A stretch of DNA of 64,000 nt from Octopus vulgaris. Taxonomy: Eukaryota. A model generated the notes under the pieces. It worked only from the letters and a program-made list of their open reading frames with translations. It did no database searches and was not told where the DNA came from. The DNA lies in assembly GCA_951406725.2 (NCBI GenBank), contig OX597824.1, positions 43,772,001 through 43,836,000 of the forward strand, in the 5' to 3' direction. Positions 14,184-27,978 of this stretch are shown piece by piece. Positions within the stretch are counted from its first letter, which is position 1. Each line of letters begins with the position of its first letter. Position numbers and translations under genes: made by a program.

Positions 14184-15571
14184 CTCCAACTTCTGTAAAT
14201 TTGTAAAAGATACTAATTTAGCACAATGAAAATTTTAGAAATATTACAAAACCTAGAAATAAGTCATTTGCTTCTGTTGTAAGTCTGTATCTTGAGTCAT
14301 TCATTGATGCTCATTTCTTTTGTTTCTATATTTAATGTAAACCAACTCTAATAATAAAGGATTAGCTTTTTCCTTCATGTCAATTACTATTTCCTTTGGA
14401 GATGTAATGTTTTGCTTTGAGCTTGGCATTTCCTTGTACCTTGTTGCCATTGTTGTTGTTGTTGGTGTTGTTCCAATACTAATTAAGCTTACATCTATCT
14501 ATATTTATACTGTAAGACAGAAATATTTCTTTTGCAATAAGATAATAGAGACAATGAATAAGTCAGCAAGCTACTGATAACTGAGGTCTTTAAATTTTTT
14601 CTGTTTCCTCTTTTCTTGTTTTCCTTTTATCCAAAGAAAGTCTTGCAATATATCATACAAAGATATCTTTGATACCTTCAGTGAAAAATCATCTTTATAT
14701 TTAATATGAAGGAATAAATAGATATAGTTAAGGCTATTATCATTTTCTCTTTCCATTTGTTATTAATCTGTCTTACCTGTTCCTCATCTGTCTTTTTCTC
14801 TATATCTTGTTTTCTCTCTCTGTCTTCAATGCTATTTCTCTATTTATCTATCTCTCATTTGAAAACTCATGTAAAAAGAGATTATGGGACAACAGGATAA
14901 TAATCTAATCAGGCAATAAATGCTGAAGAAGAGTTGGGATTTATTTCAATCAAAAATCCTATATTGAGTGACCAAACACCTCAAGGACATCAGGCCATCG
15001 TTATTAGAATGCAGCAAACATGCACCTATAATTGGAATGAGCCAGACACCTGACAATATCATATTATCTATTGTCATTACCAGACCAGAAATCTACCATC
15101 ATTAAATCAGACAATCTTCATCCAAAATTCTCTTCTGGAACAGTCTTGCTCAAATTCTTCATATTCAGATACTTGTTTTTTTCTTTTTAATAAAAGTACT
15201 GAATAAACTGAATAATCTTCCAAGAAAATGAAAAATAACATTTTCAGAAACACTTGTAGCTGCAGAATATATTCCTCATTTAAACACCTTCTGAAAGCAA
15301 AATTGTATTTTACCTATATTTTATACAATATTTTATCCAGAGGTTTTAAAATTTAGTTCTTAATAAAATTGTTTGCATTTTTTCATGGTTCCTACACACC
15401 TACTATCCAGTTGGGCTTCCAATACTATCCAGATATTGTTGCACCCCTCTGTCAACACAGCCTTGCTTTAAGTGTACCTTTCTCAATATATCCAAAGGAT
15501 TTTATAAAACAAAATTATTTTTATTTTATTACATGTGATTAAAATTAATTAGCATATATTATTACTTCTAC

Positions 15572-15602
<31 letters not shown>

Positions 15603-15629
15603 TTGTGTGTATGTATATGCATATATATA

Positions 15630-15670
<41 letters not shown>

Positions 15671-17810
15671 GTATGTACTTCTTTCGTTTTCAAATCAAGA
15701 TAGGGATACCACAATTACATGCACTTATCCAATTGTAAATCAATTCAATGTTTTCAATCATGCCTAATATTAGCAGCTAAAATTTCATCTAACTCATGTC
15801 TGTCTTCAAATGTTTATTACAACTCAGAACTTAAATAATTTCTTTATTTGTATGTATATTATTTTCTATAATTGGATTCTAGAATTCATTTAAATAGAAT
15901 TCTTTCAAAATGAGTTTGTCACTTTCCAAATTCATCTTTATCACATTGGAATTAAACATTGTAATAGAATAGGAATTTATTTTTGTGTTTTATCAAGATG
16001 CTGTGTTTTTTTTTCAGGAATTTCTTTCATGAACTAATTTAAAAGATTCTGGTTTGAGGTAAACAATAAAAGTTGAAAATTTAAAGTTAAGATTAAAGAG
16101 AAAAAGTAATATTATATTCCTTGAAGATTTGGTATGAGTTTAGTTCTGGAGGAGGGCCTATGAATATTTTTATTTGTTTTGACTTAAAATTATCATTGCA
16201 AATTTTAACTCTAACATTCTTAATTGACAGCAAGTTTACTTCAGTAAACTTCAGATATCTATTGTCCTTCAAAATGGTTAGTAAAGATAACCAGTTGTAA
16301 TGAAATCTATTTGTCTCCAATTCACCTGATACCAATCATTGTTTGATAGTTTATGAAGTAATTAGCTTAAGACTATTTTATCATAATCTGGAATTGGATT
16401 TCATTACTTTTTATTTTTGTATTTTATAAGGATAGAAATTTGCATAATTAATAGAATATTTAACTTAAAAATGGATTATCCTTAATGCTTTAAGTGCAAT
16501 AGAATTATTTTTATTTTTATTCTCTAAGAAAAAATGTAGAAAGATCTCATCTGTGGCTGATAATTAGTTTGTTTTCCTACATTTAATATGTTTCCTATTC
16601 ATAAAAAGAATAACAGTCTTCTTGCAATCATAGACCTCTCCAAGACTCATGAATGCCCACTTGAAGAATTCTCAGAAAAATGTCCTACAAATAATCTTAG
16701 TCTCTTTCATGCATCTTTATTTGGGCTTTTAATTGATGTAGATATGTAAGCACTCCACATCCTAAGACACTCTAATAGCCTTTTGTTACTGTGTTACACT
16801 ATAATGAGGTAGCATCTACATGAACACTCAATTTGCTAGAAGTAGTAGCCAAATAGCCTTTAAATCCTATCCTACTGTTATAAATATGGAAAGAACACAT
16901 TGGGATATTGCAGTCCTACATATATCTTGTAAATAATATCACACTATAAATAATATTGCTTCACATTCGCACGGGCATGTACTTACTTTTTTTTCTAAAA
17001 AAAGGCTTAAATACATCATTCTTTGATCTCAAGCATGATGAAATTAAAAACTTTATCATGTTATCAGTCAACACTACTTAGTCATTGAAGATAATGCTCA
17101 TGTATCCATATCCTGACCTCTCTGTATAACACCAAAATATATATAGATGAAACATGTGAAACATGAATATTTTTTACTGTTCTGGTTACTATAGCCATGT
17201 TTATATTTTAGAGGAATGTACTTGCAAATATCATCAGGTAAATTTTTATCGTAAGCTGTACATGCACAAATAATTAATGTGACTTCTTAGAAATAACTTA
17301 ACAAAAAGTTCTTATATAAAATTATGACGGGAAGTTTTAATTCGAATATAAGTGGTTTGAAATAGACAGTTTTATGTCAAAGAACCAGGTGAGTTGGTAT
17401 CAACAGGGTAAAATGTGAATATCATTAAATATTAAGTTCTAAATTAGTCCATGTCCCACTCTTTTAGCTATTTAATGTTGAATATTTTAAGAATTTTTTT
17501 TTATATGTTCGTAAATCAGACTTAATTATTTTGTTTTAGTTAAAATGTATGTAGAGGAATTGTCAAACATTTTGTTAAATTCATTTATTTAACAACAACT
17601 TTATAATATAAAAATACTTGAAATATTTGACAAAATATCTTACAGCCATTTTTGGACAATAGAGGGTTTGTAAAATGCATCTTAAAAACAATATTATCAA
17701 AATAATGTTGATACGCTAATTATTTTTAGCATTGAAATTAAATGTACATTACATTGTTTGAGATTTTTACCACTTCATATATATTTCTATATATAAATAC
17801 ACATATATTC

Positions 17811-17860
<50 letters not shown>

Positions 17861-17861
17861 G

Positions 17862-17919
<58 letters not shown>

Positions 17920-18515
17920 TTGTGTGGGTGTGAGTATGTCTGCTTATTTATTACATTTGTAATATGTAGTGAAAAAATGTTATGCATTTATATTTAATAT
18001 ATACTGTATATGTAATTTATGTATGATTGAGAATATGTATAAAATGATAGTGTAAGGTATCTAATTTCTGTACATCTCTAATTTATGTTAACATACTCAT
18101 CATATTGTTTCATGTTTATGATATATAATTATGTGTGTCTGTATGTCACTCCAGCAGCCATATAAAATGTACTTAATGCTTACATTATCTGAATATACAT
18201 GCTTCTGCATCTATGAACTTGATTTATCATGGTTAAGCACGCCCAAAACTTTCATATTTTATCTTTATAATTAACTTAAGTATTGCTTTTGTGAAAAATA
18301 ATATATAGAATAAAACAAAAGAATGTTTCATGATAATTACAGAATTGTAATTCAATTAAATTTTTAACAATTCTGTTTATATATTTTCATTTCTTTTACA
18401 CTACTTATTTCACAAAAGTGCTTTCCGATGTTATCTGAGGTAAACACCCATAAAATTAAACAGTATTTTGCTATAGATTCACATTTGTATAATATTTAAT
18501 GGCTATGTGATATTA

Positions 18516-18568
<53 letters not shown>

Positions 18569-19776
18569 TCATCCTCTCATATTGTATTATTTATTTATGC
18601 AAAGTTTATATTCCAAAGAAAGAAAAATCTTGACCACAAAATCAATAGTTTTTCTATTTTATTCTAGAAAGAAATCTTCATTTTAACATTTTCATGCTTA
18701 AACATTTCATTTATTAAAATTTTATTTTATCACTACCTGTTTCTCATCAGCCATACCTAACAATTTTGCTTCATAGTCCTAGACTTTTGAATTATTTCTT
18801 TATCATGGCATTGTTAGTCTCCTTTTATTTTTGATGAATTTATTCACGACACAGGATACTTCTATTAAGCCTGATTCATTTCTCATTGAGTAGAATTCAA
18901 ATCTGAGGAGGATTTTTCTCTATTTAGTTACATTGCTTTGCATTCCATGATAGGCTAATTTACCTCTTACCTCCTTTAAAGGCATTTTTCCCCAAAAAAA
19001 TATATTTGAAGTTTTACATACATTTTTCAATCAAGCTTCTTAAAACTATTCTAGAATATTTATTTTCTATATGGATATGGGTATCTGTAAGCTGCAAGCT
19101 TTTCTTAATGAAATTGTATTGAGTAGCCTTAAACGAACTAAAAATATATTGTTTAAACTTCACATCTCAAAGTTCACAAATGAATTTATCTTTCATTCAT
19201 TTTATCAAAACCATAATGTTAATTTTTTTTTAAAATTAACTCATTCTATCTCTGACCATCTTGGTAAAAATAATAAAGGATTTAACCATGTTTTACTGTA
19301 GTAATTTCTGTATTCCCTATTTCTGCATTCACATTCTGTTAGGATTAACCTTATTCTTTATATTTAAAAAGTCAATAATCATCAAAGATTAAATCTATTA
19401 ATCATGCTCCCTATTATTTATCAAACACTTTGTACCTAACTAAGAAGTCAATATTCCATTATATTTGATGTAGTTCTATTGACATGTAAATAAGAACAAA
19501 TGAATTCTATTAAAAAGATTATTTTCATAATAAATAAGTATACAACCCTTTTAATATATCTATCTAATTGGGATAATATTACTAACTTCTAACTTCAAGT
19601 CTTTGGTCAAATAGTTTATAGAAGACTAATAACAACAACAACAACAACAAATAATGTCAACATGCAATTTTAACCTTGCAAGGATAAACTATAAAATTTT
19701 AATAAGTATGATTGTAATATAAAGGATCTCGTTCTCTAACAGATGTTCCATTTGTTTCTATGCCACATTATGCTCT

Positions 19777-19824
<48 letters not shown>

Positions 19825-21613
19825 AAACATATATCTTCTCTACAGTAAGGCCCCTGTTTCTGTCTCTCTATCATAGTTTAACCTCTCATTACCTGACTCA
19901 AAGCTACCTCCCTTGGTACAACTCCCTACCTTGGCTGAGTTACTTGGTGACCATGCTGGTGCTGGTACCATGTAGAAGACATCCAGTTCTCTCTATAAAG
20001 TAGTTGGTGTTATGAAGGACATCCAGCTGTGGAAACCATGTCAAAGCTGATAATAGCTTGGTGTAGTCCTCTGGCTTGCCAGCTCTTGTTAAATCGTCCA
20101 ACCCATCCTGCATAGGAAACAGATGACTGGTGATGATGATGATGATGATGATCTACATGGCTTGTATCTCCCAAATTTTACTCACTAGATTGGTCAACTT
20201 GAGTCCATTAGAGAAGGCATTTAACCAGGGTGCCATGCAGTAGGATCAAACCTAGAACTAAACTTCTTAACCACACAACCAGGCCTTCTTGGAGAAAAGG
20301 AAATTGAAAGCCTTATCCACAAAAACCTAAATTCTTGGGGGATTTTGTGGAAGGGCTACTTTGATTCAGACATTACAAGATTCCGTTGCTGTTGTTCAGT
20401 CCTGAGTCAATCCTGATTGAGCAAACCGATGGTCAAAGGATTCCAGCTATGACCATCTTATTTTTTGGGGTGTAGATTTCCTTGGATTACATTTTCCTTT
20501 GTATCCTGTTTTTATGACAGTAAGATGAGATAGGCTCTCTAACTGGCTCATTCCAGATACCCTATGTTGTCTACAAGTGTACAATGAAAATGGTACCCTG
20601 TAACACACTTGTTATTCTTATTTGGGACTGAAACACCCCCACCCCCCGGAAAAAAAGGCACAACTGTCTTCCCACTCAAAGCTGAGAAGTTTCATACCGT
20701 TGTTATTGACTTCACTTACTATCCTCTTCCCACATTTTCAAAAAGAGAAAAGACCATTTCATTCAAGAATTTAAATTATGGGCAAGATAAATTAAACATG
20801 GCATATGTACAGCTGTGTGGTAAGAAGCTTGCTTCCTAACCACACAGTTTTGAGTTCAGTCTGACTGTGTGGCACCTTGGGAGAAAGTCTTCTACTATAA
20901 CTTCAGGCTGGCCAAAGCCTTGCGAATGAATCTGGTAAATAGAAACCAAAAGAAACCCACCAAATCTATACATGTGTGTGTGTGTTTGTGTTTGTCCCTC
21001 ACCACTTCTTGACAACCAGTGTTGGACTGTTTACATCCTTTGGACTGTTTACATCCAATTTGGCAAAAGACAACAATAGAGTAAGCACTAGGCTAAAATG
21101 TAAATACTAGGGTCAATTTGTTCAACAAAACTCTTTATGGTGGTGCTGTTATCTGGCCACAGTCCAATGATTGAAGGAACTAAACCATAAAAATTGTTCT
21201 TTCATTCACATTGAGGTGGCTGGAGAATAAATGTTAAGTCTCTTACTTTTCTCATATTCATGAGAACATCAGGATTTATGCCAGTTTAAGAAATGTTTAT
21301 CATTAATGCTGTTATTATAATATCATGTTCATGAAATGTCATTCACTTGGTTTCAATAAATTAAGTCACTTAATCATTTTACAAATGCATTTAAAAAAGG
21401 TTTCATTTCCTACAAACTGAAAGTGTAGTGCCTTAAAACAGTTTTGCATTTGCAGTGTTTGTTCTAGCTCTTTATGTTTTGAGTTAAAATCTTGCCAGTG
21501 TTGACATTTTCTTCTCATCCTTTTGGGGTCAATAAAATAATGTAGCGGTTAAGTATTGGAGTCACTAGTCCCTTAGTCATAAAACTTCTGGCCCTGTGCC
21601 TAAATTAGAATCA

Positions 21614-21645
<32 letters not shown>

Positions 21646-21660
21646 CGTTATTATTATTAG

Positions 21661-21733
<73 letters not shown>

Positions 21734-22206
21734 GAGTGAGAGAGCAGTGGTTACCATCAAAGTGACACTGGGGTAAAATATACAAAACCCAGTATACCCA
21801 TCATGACTTCCTATCTGATAAGGGTACACCAGTTACATGCATCACAACCATATATGTGCGACATGATCTCATATCAAGATAAACAGCACAGGACCTTGCA
21901 GGTGGGGCCCAGTTAGAATTTTCTTCTGGTCGAGTAGCCCATCCCGCTCAAAAGGTCCCTGGATAAGGGTTGTTTAAGGATGTTGAACGAAACACCCATG
22001 CTTCCAGAGTTGAATTATTCAAACCCCAAAGAATTCCTCTCAACACATGGCTGTGATGCTCCCCCACTACTTCTGCTCGTGATCAGAGATACACATATCA
22101 TCAGCCACCAAGGGACATGCTCAACTGGTTAAGGTCAAACAACTGACAAGCAAATCTGTGGTATTGAGCAGAATATTTGCTGTAGCCCATCTTTTATACC
22201 AAGACA

Positions 22207-22259
<53 letters not shown>

Positions 22260-22861
22260 CATTATTATTGAGTGAGAGAGAAGTGCATGGCATCAAAGTG
22301 ACACTAGGGTACAAATATAGGAAGCCCAACATACTTATCTTGACTACCTGTCTGATAAGGGTACACCAGGCACATGCATCACAACCATATGTGCACAACA
22401 TAGGGATCTCATATCAAGACAAGCAGTGCATGACCTTGCTGGTTGGGCACACTTAGAATTTTCATCAGGTCAAGTAGCCTATTCCACTCAAAAGGTCCCT
22501 GAATAAGGTTTGTTTAAGGATGATGAACAAAACACCCAAGTTTCCAGAGGTGAATTATTCAAACCCCAAAGAATTCCTCCCACCACATGGTTATAATGCT
22601 CCCCCATTACTCATGATAAGAGCTGCACATATTGCCAACCACTAAGGGACATGCTCAACTGGTTAAGGTCAAGCAACTGACAAGCAATTCTATGGTGTAT
22701 CCCATCTTTTACACCAAGATAAAACATGTACATGATAACACTTCCAATCAGTTAAAAATCATAAACCATGAGAGACACTGCTTGGTACTGCATTAGGGCA
22801 TTTATTATTATTGTTATTATTATAACTATTGTTGTTGTTGTTGTTGTCATTTTCGTTGTTG

Positions 22862-22913
<52 letters not shown>

Positions 22914-22936
22914 CATCATCGTCATCATCATCATCA

Positions 22937-23003
<67 letters not shown>

Positions 23004-26000
23004 GGTGGTGAGCTGGCAGACTCATCAACATTCCAGAGAAAATAGTGGTATTTCTTCCAGCTTAACTTCTGAATTCAAATTTCTCCAAGTCAACTTTCAG
23101 GGTTAGAAAAAAAAAGAAGTACCAATCAAATGCTGGGGTTGAAGTAATTGGCTAGCCACATTCCCCAAACTTTCAGGCTTTGTACCTATAGTAGAAAGAA
23201 TTATTTTTCCAGCTCTTTACATTCTGAATTCAGATGTTGTGAAAGTCGATTTTGCTTTTTATCCTTTTGAGGTGAATAAAATAGTTGGTTGCCCAGCTAA
23301 AGACATAAACACACACACACATATATGTGATAGGCTTATTTCAATTTCCATCAGCCAAATCTACTCACAAGGCTTTGATTAGATCAGGGCTATAGCTAGA
23401 AAACAATTGGCAAAGATGCCATGCAGTGAGATTGAACCAAGAACCATGTGGTTGAGAAACAAACTTTTATCATACACCTACACATGAACGTATGTGTGTG
23501 CATGTGTGTATGCGTGTATGTATGTAGGTATAATGTCCATCTTCTATGCTGTCATTGGTTGGATAGTTCAACAGGATCTGAGGGCTGCATCCACTTTCAG
23601 TGTCACCTTTGGCATGATTTCTATAGTTGGATGCCCTTCCTAATGCCAACCACTTTACAGAGTGTACTGGATGCTATTTTTGTGGCACAGGGATGAGAGG
23701 TTTGAGTGTGAAAGAAGGGTGATGGCAGAGCAGGTTCTTATAGAAGAGATGCATGGTTACTCACATTAATAGGAAAGGGAGAGAAAGTTCAGTTGGAACT
23801 GCAAAGAGATAGATAGGAGATGAGGTGTTTAGATGGCCTTTCAAGGCATGAGGTAAGTAGAAGAAAGACAGCATCCTTCCAATCCCACCAAATTGAAAGC
23901 ATAGCCCTCTTCAGGTGAAGTACTGCTTTGGAGCCTAACTTTGGAGCTATTGCAAGATTGTATGGAAGGCAGGGAATGAGTGAATAGGGAGGCAGCCTGT
24001 GACTGTAAAAGAAATTAGGTTGGGTAGGGTAGAAAGGTGATGACTGATGAGTCATGAGTAAGGAAGGATAGAAATGTAGAAGAGAGTAGGTGGAGGGAGC
24101 AACAGGATAGTGATGATACAGTTGACAGGGGGAGAAGGACAAGACAGAGAGATGACAAGATGAGGTTAAGCTGATGGAGCAGAAAGGTAGAGCTTTGCAT
24201 ATTGCATGATGAGAGGTAGTTTGGTTCATCAGGTGGGGAGGAATCACTGTAACATGTGAGTGGAAAGCACATGATAAGCAATACTTCTAGAACTCACTTT
24301 TACTGAGATTGACTGGTCTTCTAGTAAATGATATCACCAGACATCCTGGTCTATTGTCATCTCCTCCATGAGAGTCAACATTTTGAGATCAGCCCTCACA
24401 ACTTCATCCCATGTCTTCCTGGAACTCCCTCTTTCACATGTTCCATACACATCACATGACCAAACTATCACAGGCTTCTCCCTTGCATGCTACATCTAAT
24501 TCCTCTTGTGCCTAACTTTTTTCTCAATATATTTACATATATGAAGGTCAGCTGAAAAGTTCATAGGCTGACCAAGACACTCTCATGGAATGTAACCAAG
24601 TGAGTTTATTTTTCAACATAGTCGCCCCTGTTGTCCACAAATGTCTTCCATTAGTGTTACAGTGCTTGGATACTATTGGTGAAGAAGTTTTTATTGTGTC
24701 ATCAACAGTGAATATGATGTCATTATCACTGCAATATGGTACCCAGCCAAGTATGTTTTCCATGTTGGGGAATAGATGATAGTCACATGGAGTCAAATCA
24801 AGAGAATAGGAAGGGTGATCAACCAGTTCAAAGCCACAGTCATACACAGCAGTCATTGAAAGCAAGCACTTGTGTGCTAGAGCATTGTCCTGATGAAACA
24901 AGACCCCTTTCATCAATTTTTCTAGGCATTTGGTTTTGATAGCCTTTCAGCAAGTTGACATAGTACTCTCTGTTGATGGTATGGCCCTTTTGAAGATAGT
25001 CAATAAACACAATGCCTTTTGCATCCCAAAAACTGAGGCCATCACCTTCCCTGCAGATGAAACAACTGCAGAATAGCTCAAGCAGTGAACCAATATCTTG
25101 CAACACTTTTACTTTCTGTGTTCAAAGTCTGCCCTGGTTATGTTTGTCTTTCATTGTTTCAGAAGTGATCAAATAAATTCTAGTCATTACTGAGAATCAA
25201 TTGAATTGATTCTGCTTTCCCTCAAATTTATGACATTTGTCAATGAGGTAAATCAATAAAATAAAATACCACTTAAGTACTGGGATCAATGTAATTCATT
25301 AAGCTGCTAACCCCCACCCTATCTCAAACCTTGTAAAATAGAAAATGTAATACAGAAAATTATTATTGCTTGTTATAGTCATTATTATTAGGGTGGTGAA
25401 TTTGCAAAATTGTTAGAGTATCAGAAAGAATACCTTGCAATATTTCTTCCAGCACTTTACATTCTGAGTTTAGTTCCTGCCTAGGTCAACTTTACAATTA
25501 ATCCTTTCAGGGACTATAAAATACCAGTCAAATAATGTGTTTGTGATATAAAATAAACCCTTCCCATCAAAATTGCTGGTTTTGTACACAAATTGGAAAC
25601 ATTACTATTATTATTATCATCATCATCATCATCATCATCGTCATCATTTTCATCATTATCATTATGGATTTCCCTTATGTGCCAGTATGGACATGGATCA
25701 ACCATAGTGGGTCATCCAGATCATATCTAGATAGAGTGTCTATTAGACGTGTAGATAGGAATGGCATTGGATGTTCACAGTTGAAGCTAGCTAGCTACAC
25801 AGACCATAACTCTGTATCTTCTCAATCAACATAAATAGGATATATAGGCAGTTCCAGTTACTGGAAGTTAAATGTGCCCTTATCAGCATACAAAAACTGC
25901 AGGGACTGGATTAGTAAATTAATCAATTGGCAGTTGACAGGAGTAATTGTCACTTGTGAGGTGCTTTGAAATAGACAATTATATCATAATTTATTGTGTT

Positions 26001-27946
26001 TAGAAAAGTGCTAGTAACAGAGAAATAGATTGGGAGATAACTAGTTAGCAATCAAGAAGCAATTGTTAAAAACATCGCAACCAATATACTAGCTGCAAGA
26101 ATGGCCCTTGACCATTTCTGTGACAGGAAACATTGTCAAAGCTTAGGCCCTTGTGCTAAAGCATAAAGGAACAAAAAGCTGTCTGATGGGCTTCAGAAAT
26201 GGAGGCACAACACAGCAACAAAACCACAATTAGATCTTTGACTGTTTGAAACAAGTGCACGCTACTCAGTTCTGAGATGTATGAACTTTCCAGCAACACT
26301 TTGACTAACTTTGGGGCAAGCAATGGGTCAGAGACAGCAGTGGATTTTAATTCTTCTCTTGACTGCCTACTGCAGCTCTCACCAGAATACATGAGGTTCT
26401 GCAGAAAGCTAATAACAACTACTGAAATACAGATGGCAATGAGTAGTTGCACAAATAAAAAATTACCTGGTTTGGAAAGTTTCCCCTATAAATTCTCTGA
26501 GTCCATATCAGACTTGTTTGATGAATTCTTAGCAGGTGTCCACTGCAACAGGTATCTAGGAGAATTCCTAGTGCTGTGAGTTGGGGAGGGGTAACACCTA
26601 TAACTCTGCTAAACACAGAGTTTATGATTTTGGTCAAGGTATCATCAGTAGTCTGGTTGGAGGAGTGTAAACATGTGCAGTCCCAAACAGGTCAATCCAT
26701 GACAACCTCCATATTATGCAATGCATGATAGAGAGAATTGGGAACAATATTGGCTTTGGTGGGGTCCTAATCAGTTTGGATTGGTCAAAAGCATTTGATA
26801 GATTTGAGCATCATTACTTGGAAGCTGTCATTAAATCAGCCAGGTTTGAATCTGTTTTCAGAAACTGGATCACTTCAATGCACTGCAACATTTGAACAGT
26901 TGTCAAAGTAAGAGTATACTACTCTGGACTATTTTGCATCGCATGCTCAGTCTGACTGGGACTCCCTCTCTTGCCTCTTCTGTACATGCTGGCTCTGAAG
27001 CCACTGCTGTGGAAATTAAAACAGTTGAGGGGCATCTCTTTTGAATTGGGTCTCAGGAGGATCATAATAGTTTATGCTAATGACATCCCCATAATGTTAG
27101 ATGCCATCAAAGTAGAGACAGTTGGCTCCATTCTAAAGGAATTGGAAACAGTGGTAAGAGCCAAGATCAACCTGAACAAGTCATTGGAATTGAAGTTTGG
27201 CACCTGGAGAGGCAGGTCAATGTCATCAGATGGCATTATGGATACTGGACGGATAGACTGGTTAAACTGCTTGGGTTTGGGTTTAGACAGACCTGAACTC
27301 TAGGTAAAATAGAACTGGGATAAAGTGACAAAGTGGGCAGCCAATCTTACACAGAAATGGGATACAAGGAAGCTATCTCTAAAAGGTTAGGCAGAGACGG
27401 TGAATGCCTATATCACCTCTCATTATTATTTACCACCTGACAGTTATGCATTGCCCCATGCTGGAGAATCTGTTGTCTGGTTTCTTGTGGAAGAGATGTA
27501 TTTCACAGGTCAGGTGGTCCATCTGCTGCTAGCACCCTCTGCATAGTAAGTCAGGCATACTTTAGCTGCTGAGAAACATACTGAGACTATACCATCTACA
27601 GAGTCATGAGGCACTTTTTTCTACAGCTCAAATCCTTGATGGAGCTCAAGTCCTAGATGAAGCAAAGACCGAGATGTTTTCTTGTATCAGTAGGGTTCAT
27701 CATCATCTTTTTTTAATACTATATACTATGTATACTTACTTTTCGTGTGTATGTGTACACACTTTCGATGCTTACATTTCAAAGGTTTTTATTTTTAACT
27801 CAATTCCATGTAAACCTCCCAACACACACTTTATAATCACTTTTTGTATCTTCTTTTTCATTGTCATCATTGTTGTTGTCATTGTCATTGCCATGATGAT
27901 GATGATGTGGATCATCATCATCATCATCATCATCATCATTATAATT

Positions 27947-27978
<32 letters not shown>

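Noticed and set aside
14933-15073. Short open frame [16 protein letters not shown]... after ctaatcag
   Set aside because: Weak acceptor, ends in a stop, no donor and no similarity to Nav linkers.
17366-17394. ccag|gtgagt, a possible recursive splice site or microexon donor
   Set aside because: No polypyrimidine tract; candidate exons of 19 or 23 nt break the phase 0-0 frame.
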